DNA of 64,000 bases from Podarcis vaucheri (Eukaryota), in the NCBI GenBank assembly GCA_965113315.1, contig OZ220372.1; one strand, written 5' to 3'. The translations under genes and the position numbers were made by a program. Numbering within the stretch: position 1 is the stretch's first letter; each line of letters begins with the position of its first letter. Of the stretch, positions 1 to 13,140 are shown one piece after another. The notes below the pieces were generated by a model, which saw nothing but the letters and a program-made list of their open reading frames with translations, made no database searches and was not told the DNA's origin.

Positions 1-1453
1 ATTGTGTCATTTATCATCCCACTGACTTGGTCTGTGGTCTGTTTTAGATACACTTACCCTGTAACCATGCAGCACAGAAAGAAATGTCTGCCTCCCACTT
101 AAGAACGCTTAACTTCCTCCAACATGCTTAAATTGACACATCCTTGCATTTTGCATAAACTGGAACATCTTTGTATTCAGCAGTGATCAAACATGGTCAG
201 CATTGTTTTCTTTTGTAGTGCTAATCATCTGTTCAAACACATATGTACAGTGAATGGTCAGCTGACCATCTGTCAGGGAATGCATCCAGTGTGGCTCATG
301 TTTGGGTACTAGATGCTGTGTCTTGACATGACCCAATCCTGATCTCTTTTTCTAGAACAATCCTCCTATGTAGTCCTCCTACCTTACCTCTTAATATGCT
401 CCTGCCTTAGTACCTACAATAATGTTAAGTGTATGGATTAGGACATGGACAATCCTTATATGGGCATATCATAATGTGATTGACTGCAAGTTTTATGGGG
501 GGGGGGGTGTCTGATTTTTCTATGCCCTGGATGTTAACTATAGCATTATGAAGGACTGATTGTCCTAATGAGGTCAGAGAGTTACAGCATTCCCAAAAGG
601 TTGTTTCCTTTTGACATAGTTTTTAATATTGAACACAAGCTAATGCTCTTTCTTTTTGTAACTAATAAAGTTGTGGAACACCCACATATTATAATTCCTT
701 TTGATGATGTGAAATGTTATTTTAAACAAAACACTGTGAGAAGACTGCAAAATTGAAGCCTAGATATTGAAAATGTGGTGCTGTTAAATAAAAGGAACAA
801 AGTCATATACCTTTTACACTTTTCAGTTAATCTGCACAAATAGAAGGTAAGTACACTAGATTTAGAAACTTTTATGAGAAATTGTAGGCATGGCTACAAA
901 TGATTCAGATATTTAATAATGGGATTGTACAGCAGTATAACCCCTTGACATTTCTCTAATAAGTGCTAGTGCATGTATTATATCTAACATACACTTCCCA
1001 AATTAAAATTCTTCGCATTGGAAACTATTAACATGTGCAGTCTGCAAACTACTTGCAAGTCATGCCAAATCAACTAGTTCATTTGCACCTTTATGGCCAC
1101 TATCTACCTACAGATCTTCAACATAAGAATATGCAAATAAAAGGTGTAACTTCTGCCGCTGAACCCTTTTCATTGAGTGCCTGTTATATTTTAATTGTGG
1201 TTTAACATAATTGTTGTTGTAATTTTTATACTGATCTAAGGTCCTTTGGGGTCAATATAAGGGCAATCTAAAAGCAAAATAAATAGATAAATAACAAAAA
1301 AATCCAAACAAACCAGGGCACTAGCAAGGTCAGCTTTGACATCCATCACATGTGTAAGGGTGGGGAGGATAAGGAAGACCTGAACTGACTTTGCCTCTCC
1401 AATCTGGTGATAAGCACTTTCAACCCTTAGTGTGTACTATCCATTTATTACGG

Positions 1454-1561
1454 CAGGGATGGGGAACTTGTGGCCCTCCTAGATGTTTTTGGAATCCGTC
1501 TCCTGTCAGCCATAGCCAGCATGGCCAATGGTTACAGAAGGCCACAGATTTCCCATCCCTG
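1454..1561. mobile_element. Short hAT-like MITE relic
   Basis: Inverted ends CAGGGATGGGGAA..TGTGGCC / GGCCACA..TTTCCCATCCCTG. Confidence 0.65.
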
Positions 1562-3891
1562 TGTTGGGAGATGCACACATGGACCCTGGTCCAACATGAA
1601 TCATCTTATGGCAGGTTTTAACCTGTCTAGCACAGCTTTCCAAATTTGAGGGTATCTGACCAAAGATGCAGAGTATCAGATCCAGTTCTGTGTGCAGAAC
1701 CCTGCTTCCATATGTGGATTGTTTGTGCTACATCAGGCTAACTGTCAATGAGGTCCATCGCAAAATATATTGAATATATCAACCATGTTTATTGTCCTTT
1801 TTCCTCCCCATCACTAAGACCTTAACTGCAGATACACATTTCTTTTTAAATAGTTGCCTAACAATTGTGCAGATGGTGAACAGTCCATTATAGTAAGGAA
1901 ATATTTCTTACTGAAGTGAATAAAGTGGAAACAAAGAATATTCATTTTAAAATGTATGATACAGGTATGAAAATTAAAAAGGAATTAAAGAGAATATATG
2001 GTTTATGCTGTCAGCAAAGGTTTCTTGTTTAACCTACAGATGACCTGGCCTTGTTTGTTCAGATGACAGCTCTAAAAGTGTACAGGGAATATTCTCTTGT
2101 AATACAATGATTTGCCGCAAGCCCTGACCTCAGTGACTGTCAGGGAGCAGGTCTGAATTGGCCCTTTCTCTGATATCGTGACACTGCTTCTGTTGCCTCG
2201 ATTGTGACCTCTGATTGAAAGATACCCCTGGGACTTCTATATAATAAGCATGACTCCTGACTCTTAGCCAGGTCTGCTTTCTTAGATTTTTGTCAGACTT
2301 TCCTAGTAGTCCAGGCTATATATGCTACAATTTACTTGAGCTGTCACGGTGCTCTGTAACCGGTGCGCTCTTTGAAATTGAGGAGGTTTTTAAATCTGCA
2401 TTTTGCAAATGGAAATATATCATAGTCATGTAATATATAAACAACTTTCTTATTAGGTATTCCATTGCAAAATGCATATTAAGATTTTAATGTTTGTGTT
2501 TGTTTGTTTTTACTTTTTCCTCAAATACTGCATAGAACGCATTACCTGTACTTTTAACAGCAGTCATCCAAGTATTATAGTTCAAATGTTGCTAAATGCA
2601 TCTTTTTTTTTGCATCCATCCCCTCTGGTGCCATGCAAATTATCCAACTTACTCCACTGTCCGTAGTAAATCTTTGAGTATAGTATAGCTAACCACATTG
2701 CCTAAGTAGCAAATTACAATGTTTTAGCTACGCTGCCACTCATTCATTGTTTAACCTTGTATCATAAAGTGCTTCTTTCTTGCATAATGAAAATGGTTCC
2801 ATTATGATTTTCTGCAACTTTTTCTCATCATGACTCCTTCTACTTCCACCATATGTGCTCCAGTTTCACACTGGCTCTTCCACCACAACAGCCAAAGTAT
2901 GCAAGGCATAGACAATACAAATATGGATGCTCCGGTGTTGTTGCAAATCATAAAACTGGCATGTAAGTGTCATTGGGCCAGTTCAGAGATTCATTCCCTT
3001 CTTGCTAGACCATAGCATACCCCCTCCCTTTGCCTCCTGTGGTCTAATGTCTGTTCCCTAACCAGAACCATAAATCTATTCAAACCATAGTAAAGTGACA
3101 CTAAACCACAGTTCCCTCTTACATAAAGGAAAACTGTAGTTTAAACCAACCAGAATTGGCATGCCAGTGAAGGGAGGGTGAGGGGGGAGCCCATGTTTCT
3201 GGTGATTACTCACAACTTTCTAGGTCCTGATTTATCAAGCTGCACTGCGGTCAGTTTGGCATGAATGCTTTCTTTATCAAAGAAATTATATTTAATAAAC
3301 AGTTATATTTTAGTCAAGTCTTTATGCTTTTCAACTGGTTCACTTATGCTTTGGCTGTTCCTCCAGGTACAGGAGTCTTTCTGAGCCTTTGGGTTGGGTA
3401 CACTACAACATGGGCATTATTATGTGTAAAGAAGCAGCTCCCATATTTTTCTGCTTTAATGAGACCCATGATCTCTGAAATTTCAACATGAATATTCAAG
3501 ATCTGGGATCTATCCACAGATAATATTCATAAGTTCTCTTACAAGCACACTGCATGTTTCTTGTTTACTTAGGCACAGGAGTGATTCCTGAAAGTGCAAA
3601 AATGTGTACCGTTGCAAAATCATTTGCACTACATGCTTTGTACGTGAAGTATCCACAATAGTTGTTTTAACTTGTGAATGGCTAACACGTGGTCCTTCAG
3701 ATGCTTTGAATTCTAGCTCCTAGAATTGATCAGGGATGATCACAGGTTAACTATTCCTAGTTTAATTATACATTAACATATATTGGACTAATGGGAGTAG
3801 CTGTTTGTAATAAGCTTAAATGATGTGCATGTATATACCTTATTGTAATTGTCCCTATTTCATAGTATGCCGTAATGACCCTGAAAAATTA

Positions 3892-4055
3892 CTGTATTTT
3901 TCCGTCTATAAGACGTCCTCATGTATAAGACGTCCCCTATTTGGGGGGACTCCAATTTAAGAAAATGGGGGAGATTTATCCATGCATAAGACACCCCCAG
4001 AATTTTGACATTATTTTTAGGGGAAAAAACTAGTTTTATACACAGAAAAATACGA
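3892..4055. mobile_element. Non-autonomous Tc1/mariner element
   Basis: TA|CTGTATTTTTC...GAAAAATACGA|TA ends; internal TATAAGAC repeats. Confidence 0.7.
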
Positions 4056-4670
4056 TAATTTAGAAAGTAAAGGTACAATAGAAGAAATACACTGAGTCAA
4101 TCTGATTTTCCTTTTTATATAAGCACTTTCTTTAATGTATGCTTTGTTTTCTAAGACTTCTGCCTGGTGCAAATCACTATGATCAAAGTATAAGCCACTT
4201 ACCTTTTTAAGTAAAAATCCAAATTACTATGCATTGCTTTCAGACCACAAATAAGATTGCCATGATACCTGTCTTCCATTTTTCTTAATGCAACCTCAAG
4301 CCTGTTTAAACAAAAAACAAAAAAACAAACCTTGAACATTAGATCTGAATGCTGGCACAGTGTTAGAGAGATCTGAAATTCATCCAGGATGCATGGACTG
4401 AATGACTACTTTCTTTATTAATCTTACCCTGGCAGCAGTAGTACTGATGCTTTGTGTGGGAGGTGAATTATACTTATAAATCAGAAAAGTTAAACAGTAG
4501 TTGAATTTTTAGCATTTGTTCAGTCTCTAGCATATATGCCCATTTTACTCAACCCCTTTTTCCACAGTCACATTATTTGGTCATTTTATTAACTACTTAA
4601 GTTCCAGAAAATATGTTTACTACTATAGGTTCATATTTAACTGTTTTTCCTACGTCACAAAATACCAGTA

Positions 4671-4912
4671 CAGTGGTACCTCTGGTTACAAACGCCTCGG
4701 GTTACAAACACTTCGGGTTATAAACTCCGCTAACCCAGAAGGAGTAACTTGGGTTAAGAACTTTACCTCAGGATGAGAACAGAAATTGTGTGCCAACAGC
4801 ACAGTAGCAGCAGGAGGTCCTATTAGCTTAAGTGGTACCTCAGGTTAAGAACAGTTTCAGGTTAAGAACGGACCTCCGGAATGAATTAAGTTCGTAACCA
4901 GAGGTACCACTG
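4671..4912. mobile_element. Non-autonomous Tc1/mariner (Tigger-like) element, 242 bp
   Basis: Perfect 19-bp TIR CAGTGGTACCTCTGGTTAC / GTAACCAGAGGTACCACTG with TA target duplications. Confidence 0.88.
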
Positions 4913-5020
4913 TAGTTAGAATGGTGTTGAACAATGTTTTTTAACCTATATACTAGAAGAGTAAATTTCATGAGAGAGGCAGCAAAGCAGGCCCTCTTCA
5001 CTGCCACCATAAGTAGGCAT

Positions 5021-5402
5021 TTGTTGTTGTTGTTTAGTCGTGTCTGACTCTTCGTGACCCCATGGACCAGAGCACGCCAGGCACTCCTGTCTTACACTGC
5101 CTCCCACAGTTTGGTCAAACTCATGTTTGTAGCTTCGAGGACACCGTCCAACCATCTCGCCCTCTGTCGTCCCCTTCTCCTTGTGCCCTCAGTCTTTCCC
5201 AACATCAGGGTCTTTTCCAGGGAGTCTTCTCTTCTCATGAGGTGGCCAAAGTATTGGAGCCTCGGCTTCACGATCTGTCCTTCCAGTGAGCACTCAGGGC
5301 TGATTTCCTTAAGAATTGATAGGTTTGATCTTCTTGTAGTCCATGGGACTCTCAAGAGTCTTCTCCAGCACCATAATTCAAAAGCATCAATTCTTCATCG
5401 AT
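5021..5402 (-). mobile_element. 5'-truncated BovB/RTE LINE (3' end)
   Basis: Minus-strand ORF RVPWTTRRSNLSILKEISPECSLEG..YFGHLMRREDSLEKTLMLGK..RRRGRQRARWLD is the BovB RT C-terminus. (CAA)n tail. Perfect 13-bp TSD CATAAGTAGGCAT at 5008-5020 and 5403-5415. Confidence 0.93.
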
Positions 5403-7906
5403 CATAAGTAGGCATACGTGCGCTAAATCAGCTGCACTTTTATTTGTGAACTGGTCTATTTTTCCACGCACAGTTCCCCAGTATGCCAGGGGGCTGAATG
5501 TGCTTCATAGCATCAAAGGGGGTGCTATAAGGCAATTGTGTTGCTAGCCTTCTGCATTTCAGCACCATACAGTGAGACAGAGGCCTTGACAGGATCGCCA
5601 GCTCTGTCCACTGGAAAATTTCCAGAAAATTAAAGAATCCATTGAAACCCATAAGACTCTTAGGAGAGTCCATCTTAATTGGTCTCCCACCCCTGCAGGA
5701 GAAAATTGATAGAGTGGCCCTAAAGTTCAACAGGAAGCAGTCTCATCATGACATTAGAGTCATAGAGCCAGCACCACTCCAATTCCAGACCACCAAATCC
5801 AGGGAATGTCCTGTCCTGTGGGTCAGGCCAATGACCACATGAGATATCACTTCATTATACTGCATTTTTCTGTGAAAGTGCAATTTGTACATATTTAAAT
5901 AGAATAAATAAATAATGAAGTCTCAAGCTGGATCGGGGGAAAGTAGCCTTGCAAAGGCATGGGCAATAGTCCTAGAGTTCTCCATCACCATACCAGAGAC
6001 TGCCTCTGCCAGTTCAGTCAGGTAGGCTACTGGTCAGCTGGCTATGCAGAACAGAAGCAGCACAGTCAATCTCTTTTGGTCTGGCACCAGGTAAAAGCTC
6101 CAAAAGCCAGCTGCCAGATGGAGAGGTCTCCTGGTGAGTCACTGTAAGAACGTCATTTGATCATTTAGTTTTTGAGATGTAAAATCAAATGGAAAGGCTA
6201 TTACGATTTGGTTTGAAATCTAGATGATCTGTTGTACAGTGTGGTCATGGTCACATCTTAAAATACTAAATTGAAGCAAATGTTCCAAGGGTTTGCCTGT
6301 TTAGATACATTCATTTAGGGCTGTCATCAGCAATGAGCTGTTTAAAATACAGCATGACAGGAAGCCATGTTCTTAAATAATTGATATTGTGACAACTATT
6401 GACTAACGATTCTGAAGAAGTGTGCATACCAACTAAGAGGAGGGGGCAGAGGGGTGTGTGTGTGTTTGTGTGAACTTGAGACAGAAGGGGAAAGCACGCT
6501 GTGAATTGGCATCTCTGCAAATCTGATGTGGGTTACCAGATCAGCTTTGCCTCCACTTAGGGTTAATTTGTATATTTGTAAATAATTATTTGTAAATAAA
6601 GCCAATATCATAATGATACAATAAGTCTCGGCACTCTCATCCAAAGTAAACGAAGTCCATTTAGCATTGCCTATGCAACTTTTCACCACTGGGGAAGTGG
6701 GGAACACAATACAAGATGACTAATATGTAAGCCTGCACATGGGGTATATTATACTTCTAAGCTTGCTAGCATTTTGTCTTTAGTAAATCCAACCCAATCC
6801 GGTGTATGTTTCCTCAGAGGTAAGTCATTCTAGAGCTTCATTCCAAGTAAGAGTGCATGTGATTGCTGCCTTAAATGTCTGTGTCTTTTGTTACTCTGTT
6901 AACAAAATGACTGGGAACGTTCCCAAAATGTCTTGAGACAGAACAAGCATTGCTATGAAAATGTTATTGCTGGTGGCAAGAGAGAGAGAGAAATTAAGAG
7001 CAGGCTAAAGTACAGAGAATATGGTTTCTTTTTGCTCTAGAGAATCAAGGTGATCACAAAGGGTACTTTCCCATGGCACATAATCATCCCAAGGGATTAA
7101 ATGCTCCAACAGATCATCCTGATAATACATAGATTTTAGGAAACAGGTGCTGGAGATATGACTTGATTACATTCAGTGCTCCAAGTTCACAGTATGAAAA
7201 ATCAGGAATGAATTTGGAAGTTCATTCCACCACCTTACACTGAGTGTTTCTACACATCACAAAATCAGCCAGAAGACTCAGGCTTTTCTGGTCTGAAAAG
7301 GCCAGAAACAAGAGGTCTACACTACGTATAGAGATCTTTAACATATAATATCACATATTCCGATGTGAATTTCTTCTTTCTAAGTTGACTTCTACCAGCT
7401 GCTGTGAGTTGGTAAGTAACTTTTTGAGTGTCTGCTGCATTTCTGAAGCAATGTCTGCACAGGAGATTACCTCACTTCTGTCTGGTACTGTATTTGGTTC
7501 ACACATGTTTGGATGTGGTGCTCTTTTCTTTCTGTTCCTTCTATATTGCAAATTCACCTTTCTTTTGTACATGTACTGAGTTTGACCAGGATTTAGTTTC
7601 TGATATCAGAAGCTATCCCCATCTCCCTCCACTTTTTTTTCTTTTACATCTTCGTAGAACTGCAATTACAACACCTTCTAAATAAGCTCTGTCACCGCAG
7701 TCCATCATGTACATCCTACATCCCAAGCCACCCCAATGCAGAGTCCATCTTATTTAGCCATGGCCCAGGTGCACATGAAAAGTAGAAATGATGTCACTCA
7801 AGGGAACAAACATAAAATAGGAAGAAGCAGAACAGAGTAAGGTCCTGGATCCCTTGAGAACAGCGCAGGATCAGGAGATAGAAGCTCATCAGTAGTAAGG
7901 TTGGTG

Positions 7907-7961
7907 GGTAAAAGTTAAAGGTAAATGACCCCTGGATAGTTAGATCCAGTCAAAGGCGACT
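7907..7961 (-). mobile_element. 3'-end fragment of a Sauria-type SINE
   Basis: aaaggtaaa..gacccctgga..ttagatccagtc is the reverse complement of the ggggtccctttaccttta tail. Confidence 0.55.
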
Positions 7962-8895
7962 GGAAAGAAGAGGAAGAGGGCCAGATCTGAGTGCTAACCA
8001 CACCTTGGAACCAGCTAAGACTCGTAGAATAAAACTGACCACCAGTAAAAACTCAGAAATGGCACAGTGGGCATATAAGGAGGCAGCAATTCCTGTCCCA
8101 TCCAGTGTTCATCACAATCAGAGCTTTCTGTTCTGTTACAGTTAGGCTTCTATTAAAACCTGGGTTATTTGTCTTACTACCCACTATGGCTGAAAGCCTG
8201 AAACAAACATAATTACGTGCAATTAATTGTGCAATTAACTTCAAGGCATTTCAGTGAAAAGGAAACACAGAAACTATGCAGAAAATAATGTGATAATTTG
8301 TGTAATGTTTGTGGATTAAAAAAGAAAGCAGCAAAAAAGTAATGCCACTCATAGTTGCTTGCTTCATTTCCATTTCGGACTTCAGGCAAGCATGAGAGTT
8401 GTGGCAATCCTCTGCCATCCCTAGGCAGAAGACACAGTTAAACCTCAGCTATTCAGTGCCCCCACTAGGAGGGGACCTGCCCTTTGGAATGTTTTTTGAG
8501 GAAATCTTGTGTGGGTATAATCAAAGGGAAGGCAATTATAGAAGCTTATTTACATACCTGTTTACTTAACTGGTCCTTATTAGTAGCCCTACTAACCTTT
8601 CACAGACACATTTTGTACTTTCTGTTTCTATATGGAGCCTTATTTTGCAAATATTCTGTGTGCTACAAAGTACAGAGAAAGGAAGTAAGAGAGAAAATAC
8701 GGGCTCTGTCTTTTTTCTGTTTTTACTTACCACCTTATCTGCCCAATCCTATGAATATTTATTAAGAAGTCTTGTTGAGGCCATTTTGTCTCACTGCCCC
8801 ATAAACCTGCATAACATTCTGCTGTAAATCAGTGCTGTTTGTTTGGCATTTGTTCCAACAAAAGGTTAGAACTTGAAAATATCTCTCATCCACAG

Positions 8896-9019
8896 GTAAG
8901 GAAGAAGCATTTGCTTATGGTTCCGCGGATAAGATGGAAAGGAACAAAGAACGTACATACCAATGGCTTCATACACAGGTTTGGGATTTTGAAGCAACTA
9001 GCCCCAGAAATGAAAAATG
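8896..9019 (+). CDS. LRRIQ1: LRRIQ1 internal exon, 124 nt: (x)KEEAFAYGSADKMERNKERTYQWLHTQVWDFEATSPRNEK(C)
   Basis: Acceptor ctctcatccacag|, donor TG|gtgaga. Peptide resembles recalled human EKLERNREYTYQWLHTQVG..TSSRNMKC. Phase-2 end joins the next exon to give Cys. Confidence 0.88.
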
Positions 9020-9927
9020 GTGAGATCATTGCCTTTAAATTAGATTTTTGGATTGTAATAACACATCATGTAACATGAAACCCATCTTAATTGTCCTAAA
9101 ACAAATATGCTTTTTTTTGCCAAAGGCCAGATTGCCAAGTTTCAAACACACTCCCGTTGAGAATTAATTTAATAAATTCTGCATCTCATTCTGCCACAAA
9201 CCTTAGTGAATTGCTATGACATGCCAGCATGAAATATCACTTCATAATATCCATGAATATTTTTTCTGTCAGAAACCCAAATAGTTGTATTTATGAAAAA
9301 TGCAGGAAAACATATATTTTTCTCCAAGTTACAGAATGCATTCAAAATCATTGTAATTTAATAGCTAACCAGGTACACTAAATAGTGCACCGATATGCTG
9401 AGGCATGGCAGATGGCATTTTGAACTAGGCATGGGCTAGAGTGGACAATATATCTTACAGAAATACACAAGGAAAAAGGGAGCAGAAATAATACAAAGCT
9501 TTTGATTTTTTTAAAAAAAACAACAAAATTTCAGGTCTTCACATTTGAGGAAATGCTTTCCCTTTAAGCTTCAATGATTTATCTTTGTGTAAGTGGTGGT
9601 TCTTCAGAAGTCAAAAGAGAGTTTCTCTGAGGATAGTTATCAAGGCTGTCAGGCAGATGACACCTGCAGATGCAAGGCAATTCTGCCTTCAGATCAGAAA
9701 AAAACACTCCTCAGAGTTTTCTTGTCGGTGGGGGGACAGCTAAATGACAAAAGGCATACAGGTGGGCTTTTTTAAAACATGGTCACGATTAATAAAGATG
9801 CTAAAGTACAAGAGACAGGCTCCAATTGGTGGAATATCAGAGAAACTAGTACACATAATTGGCATCAGCCCATAGCACACACAATTCTGTCCCAGGAAGC
9901 AGGTGCGCACTACAATGCAACACTACT

Positions 9928-10139
9928 GGGACGCGGGTGGCGCTGTGGGTTAAATCACAGAGCCTAGGGCTTGCCGATCAGAAGGTCGGCGGTTCGAATC
10001 CCCGCGACAGGGTGAGCTCCCGTTGCTCGGTCCCTGCTCCTGCCAACATAGCAGTTCGAAAGCACGCCAAAGTGCAAGATAAATAGGTATCGCTCCGGCC
10101 GGAAGGTAAACGGCATTTCCGTGCGCTGCTCTGGTTCGC
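9928..10139 (+). mobile_element. Sauria SINE, 3'-truncated
   Basis: Head GGGACGCGGGTGGCGCTGTGGGTTAAA with B box GGTTCGAATCC. Near-identical to the copies at 28896 and 59674. Confidence 0.9.
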
Positions 10140-10540
10140 AAATATCCTACTTACTTGTAATAATAGCTCTAAACAGATCCCTCCCTTCCCTTTTTTGCAA
10201 TCTGTTTGTATTGAGATCAATGGTGCAGTGGACCCAGGGACAAAGTGCCACGATTGATTTCTCAGTAAGGATGTTAATAGCATGATTTTGTAGGGCGCTA
10301 TCTGCCAATCCCATGCCAAATTGAATTAAACATTGTGAGCAGCTGCTTACCTAACAGCAATGGTAACCGTATCAAGTGGAAGTCAGTGACAACAGATACT
10401 CCCCAAAATATTATTGCCTGGAACAAGATAGTATATTTCAATTAATTATGTTTAGGAGTGAGATGCCAGACAACGTTAGAACATCTTAGAAATGAATTTC
10501 ACTTGTATTGAATATTATTTAAAGCAACAATCCTCAAGTA

Positions 10541-10694
10541 ATCATAGAATCACAGAATTGTAGAGTTGGAAGGGACCCTGAGGATCATCTAGTCCAACCC
10601 CCCTGCAAGGCAGGAATATGCAGCTGTCCCATACGAGGATCGAACCTGTGACCTTGGCATTAATAGCACCACACTCTAACCAACGGAGCTATCC
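10541..10694 (-). mobile_element. tRNA-derived SINE with CR1-type 3' tail
   Basis: Minus strand carries A box TAGCTCCGTTGG, B box GGTTCGATCC and a TTCTATGAT tail. Related copies at 38219-38332 and 51850-51990. Confidence 0.8.
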
Positions 10695-12141
10695 AGGCTC
10701 TCATGATAGTCTTCAGAAAAAGATAGAAGTTCAATGTATAGTTTAACCTTTTAAACAATATTTTATAGAATGAGGAGGTTTTTTATACCCATGAGTACCA
10801 TACTTACCCTTGAAAAATATGTGGGGTTTTTTTTAAACCAGGTGAAAAGATAAAACCATAAACTATAGTATTTTCAATCTTGAGCTCTGTAAGTTAGCAG
10901 AGGGGCCCAGATATTACAATTTAGTTTTTATTTTATTCCCTGGTTTTAATTTTCATAAAAGCATTTAGAGAAGATAAATACAATAGTTTTTTTAGAATTA
11001 AGGTCAAATGTCATTTATGCAATCTCAGTTGTTTCTAACAACACACACCTATATATGCCTACTCAGAAGTAAGCCATTGAGTTCAATTGGGCTTGTTTCC
11101 AGATAAGTAGGTATACTGTTGCAGTCTAAATCATATTAAATCACTTCTGTAGATGTGTGTGGCACATTAATGTTAATAGCATTTGTTAGGATAATTTAGG
11201 TATTATGACTGATCCTACTTACCCTCAACTTGATGGCAAAACATCAACTGGAAAGGAATCAGAAGCCATGTGGTCAAATAACTGATAGACTTATCTAACC
11301 AAAACCAAGATTACTGCTATATAATAGACTGCTTGAATAAGATTGGATAATGATAGGTGTAATTTATACTCTTTCAATACACTAGTAAATTCGATAAATT
11401 TCTAGCTATTAAAGAACTTGCATTTTGAGAATTTTATCTTAAACTTTCTGGCAATGAATGACTTCCTTATCTGTTTGAACCAGATTGTTAAAAAATAATA
11501 TTCCTTAAACCCACTGAAAATAAGAGCCAAAATTCTTAATGATATTTAGCTAAACATTTGACGACCTGCAGTTTCTAAGCAGTAGGTGTCATACAGCCCA
11601 ATGCTAACTATCATAGAATGATGGAATTGTAGAGTTGGAAAGATATGTTTATCCAGAAGTCCCATTGATTACAGTGAAGCTTGCCAACAGGTAAATATGT
11701 ACACTTAAGGACAGGACCTAGTAATTGCCTTAAGCGTTTATTTTGTATTGTTCTCAAACCGATATTTAGTTGGGGGGTTTTATACTATTAAAATATGTTT
11801 AGCTGTGTTTATGGTATTCATACATTGCCATGAGACAATTGTAAAATGCTCTCCATAAAGTGTTTAATAGTGATATTTATGTGTGCCCAAGGAAGCTTTA
11901 GGTTTGTCATACAAGACCCTACTTGACTTGCCTAGGAAATCACTTTTGAAATAGGGAGAAGACTGGGAGGAAGCAGTGTGTTGTGTGGTTTAAATTTGTT
12001 GCTCAAAGATAAGGCAAACATCTCACTGGGTATACCAAAGCCCTTGGAGCAATTGAAATAGTTCATTGGATACTAGCTTTAGTATTCTGATGCATTTTAT
12101 TCTGTTACTGACATATTTGTCATTTTCCATTCACTGTATAG

Positions 12142-12202
12142 CAAACATTTCTTACCTGAGATAGATCCAGAAGTTATCAAGGGAGGAAGAGTTCAACATG
12201 TG
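12142..12202 (+). CDS. LRRIQ1: LRRIQ1 internal exon, 61 nt: (C)KHFLPEIDPEVIKGGRVQHV
   Basis: Acceptor ttttccattcactgtatag|, donor GTG|gtaaga. Matches recalled human NHFLPELDPDVLNGGRVQLV. Confidence 0.9.
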
Positions 12203-12579
12203 GTAAGATGTTTTGTTTTTACCATGGTAATTGGTTTTTTTAAAAATCTGGACATGTATTATTATTATTATTAAATTTATATGCTACCCTTTATCAAAAG
12301 ATCTCAAGGCACAACATTAACTCAGTGTACAACATTAAAAAATGATTACAATTGCAATCCCGTGCATTCTTAACTGGCAGTGAGCCCCACTGAACGCAGT
12401 GTGACTTACTTATGGGTAAATATGCATATGATTGTCCTATAAATGCTTCTGAGATCAGGGTGAGACCGTTCTTTGAATACTACAGCTGTGTAAAATCAAA
12501 TCTGCATATATACATAATTCATAAGCCCTTTGCATTTGTCATCTGTCCCTCAGTTGTGGGTTATCCCCTTTGCATGTGT

Positions 12580-13048
12580 CATTACCAGTCCGCCAGGAGC
12601 TGGACTGGCATTCAATAAGCTGCCAAGTGCAATGTAAGGTGTTGATTTCAAAAGCCCGGAATGGCTAGGAACACAGTTACTTAAAGGAGCACATCTGCAA
12701 TGCTGCTCATACTTTTAGATCAACAGGGAGGCCTTACTTTTAGTCCCACTGTTGTGTGGTGACACAAAGCAAGGCCTCCTCTGTGTTGGCACCTCAACTG
12801 TGGAAAATTACAATAAACCCCCTCAGTAACTATTGTTTGGCACCAGCTTAATTTATTCATTAAGACTTCTTGAAGATAAGGGAGAGTGTCTTACTAGCAT
12901 GAACATTCAAGTTCTTACTAAATTACTGGAAGTATTCTATTGGGGGAAATGTTTTAGCTGCGATTTTTAGTTTTTCATTATATTTTATGTGATTGCTTTG
13001 TAAACCAGCCTGTGATCTACATAGGTAAAGGGCTGTTTAGAAATAAAC
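12580..13048 (+). mobile_element. Degraded L2/CR1-clade LINE 3' fragment
   Basis: Degenerate RT C-terminal motifs (ctggactggc; gcctcctctgtgttggcacctcaactgtggaa) and a tgtaaaccagcc...aaataaa tail. Confidence 0.6.
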
Positions 13049-13140
13049 ATGAGTTGTGAGCCCTTGTTCCACTTGTTCAATTGCACATTGACTTTCAGCA
13101 GTACCTCAGATTTTGAGGTGCAGGGAGAATAGACAATGTA

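Noticed and set aside
827-846. Micro-exon candidate ttttcag|TTAATCTGCACAAATAGAAG|gtaagt
   Set aside because: The frame needed to join the phase-1 exon at 8896 contains TAA, and it does not resemble the recalled preceding LRRIQ1 exon.
7385-7411. 27-nt exon candidate with a gtaagt donor
   Set aside because: Contains TGA in the LRRIQ1 frame and has a weak AAG acceptor; no supporting evidence.
10620-10694. tRNA-like sequence on the minus strand
   Set aside because: It is a SINE head joined to a CR1-type tail, with degenerate copies elsewhere in the window; not a tRNA gene.
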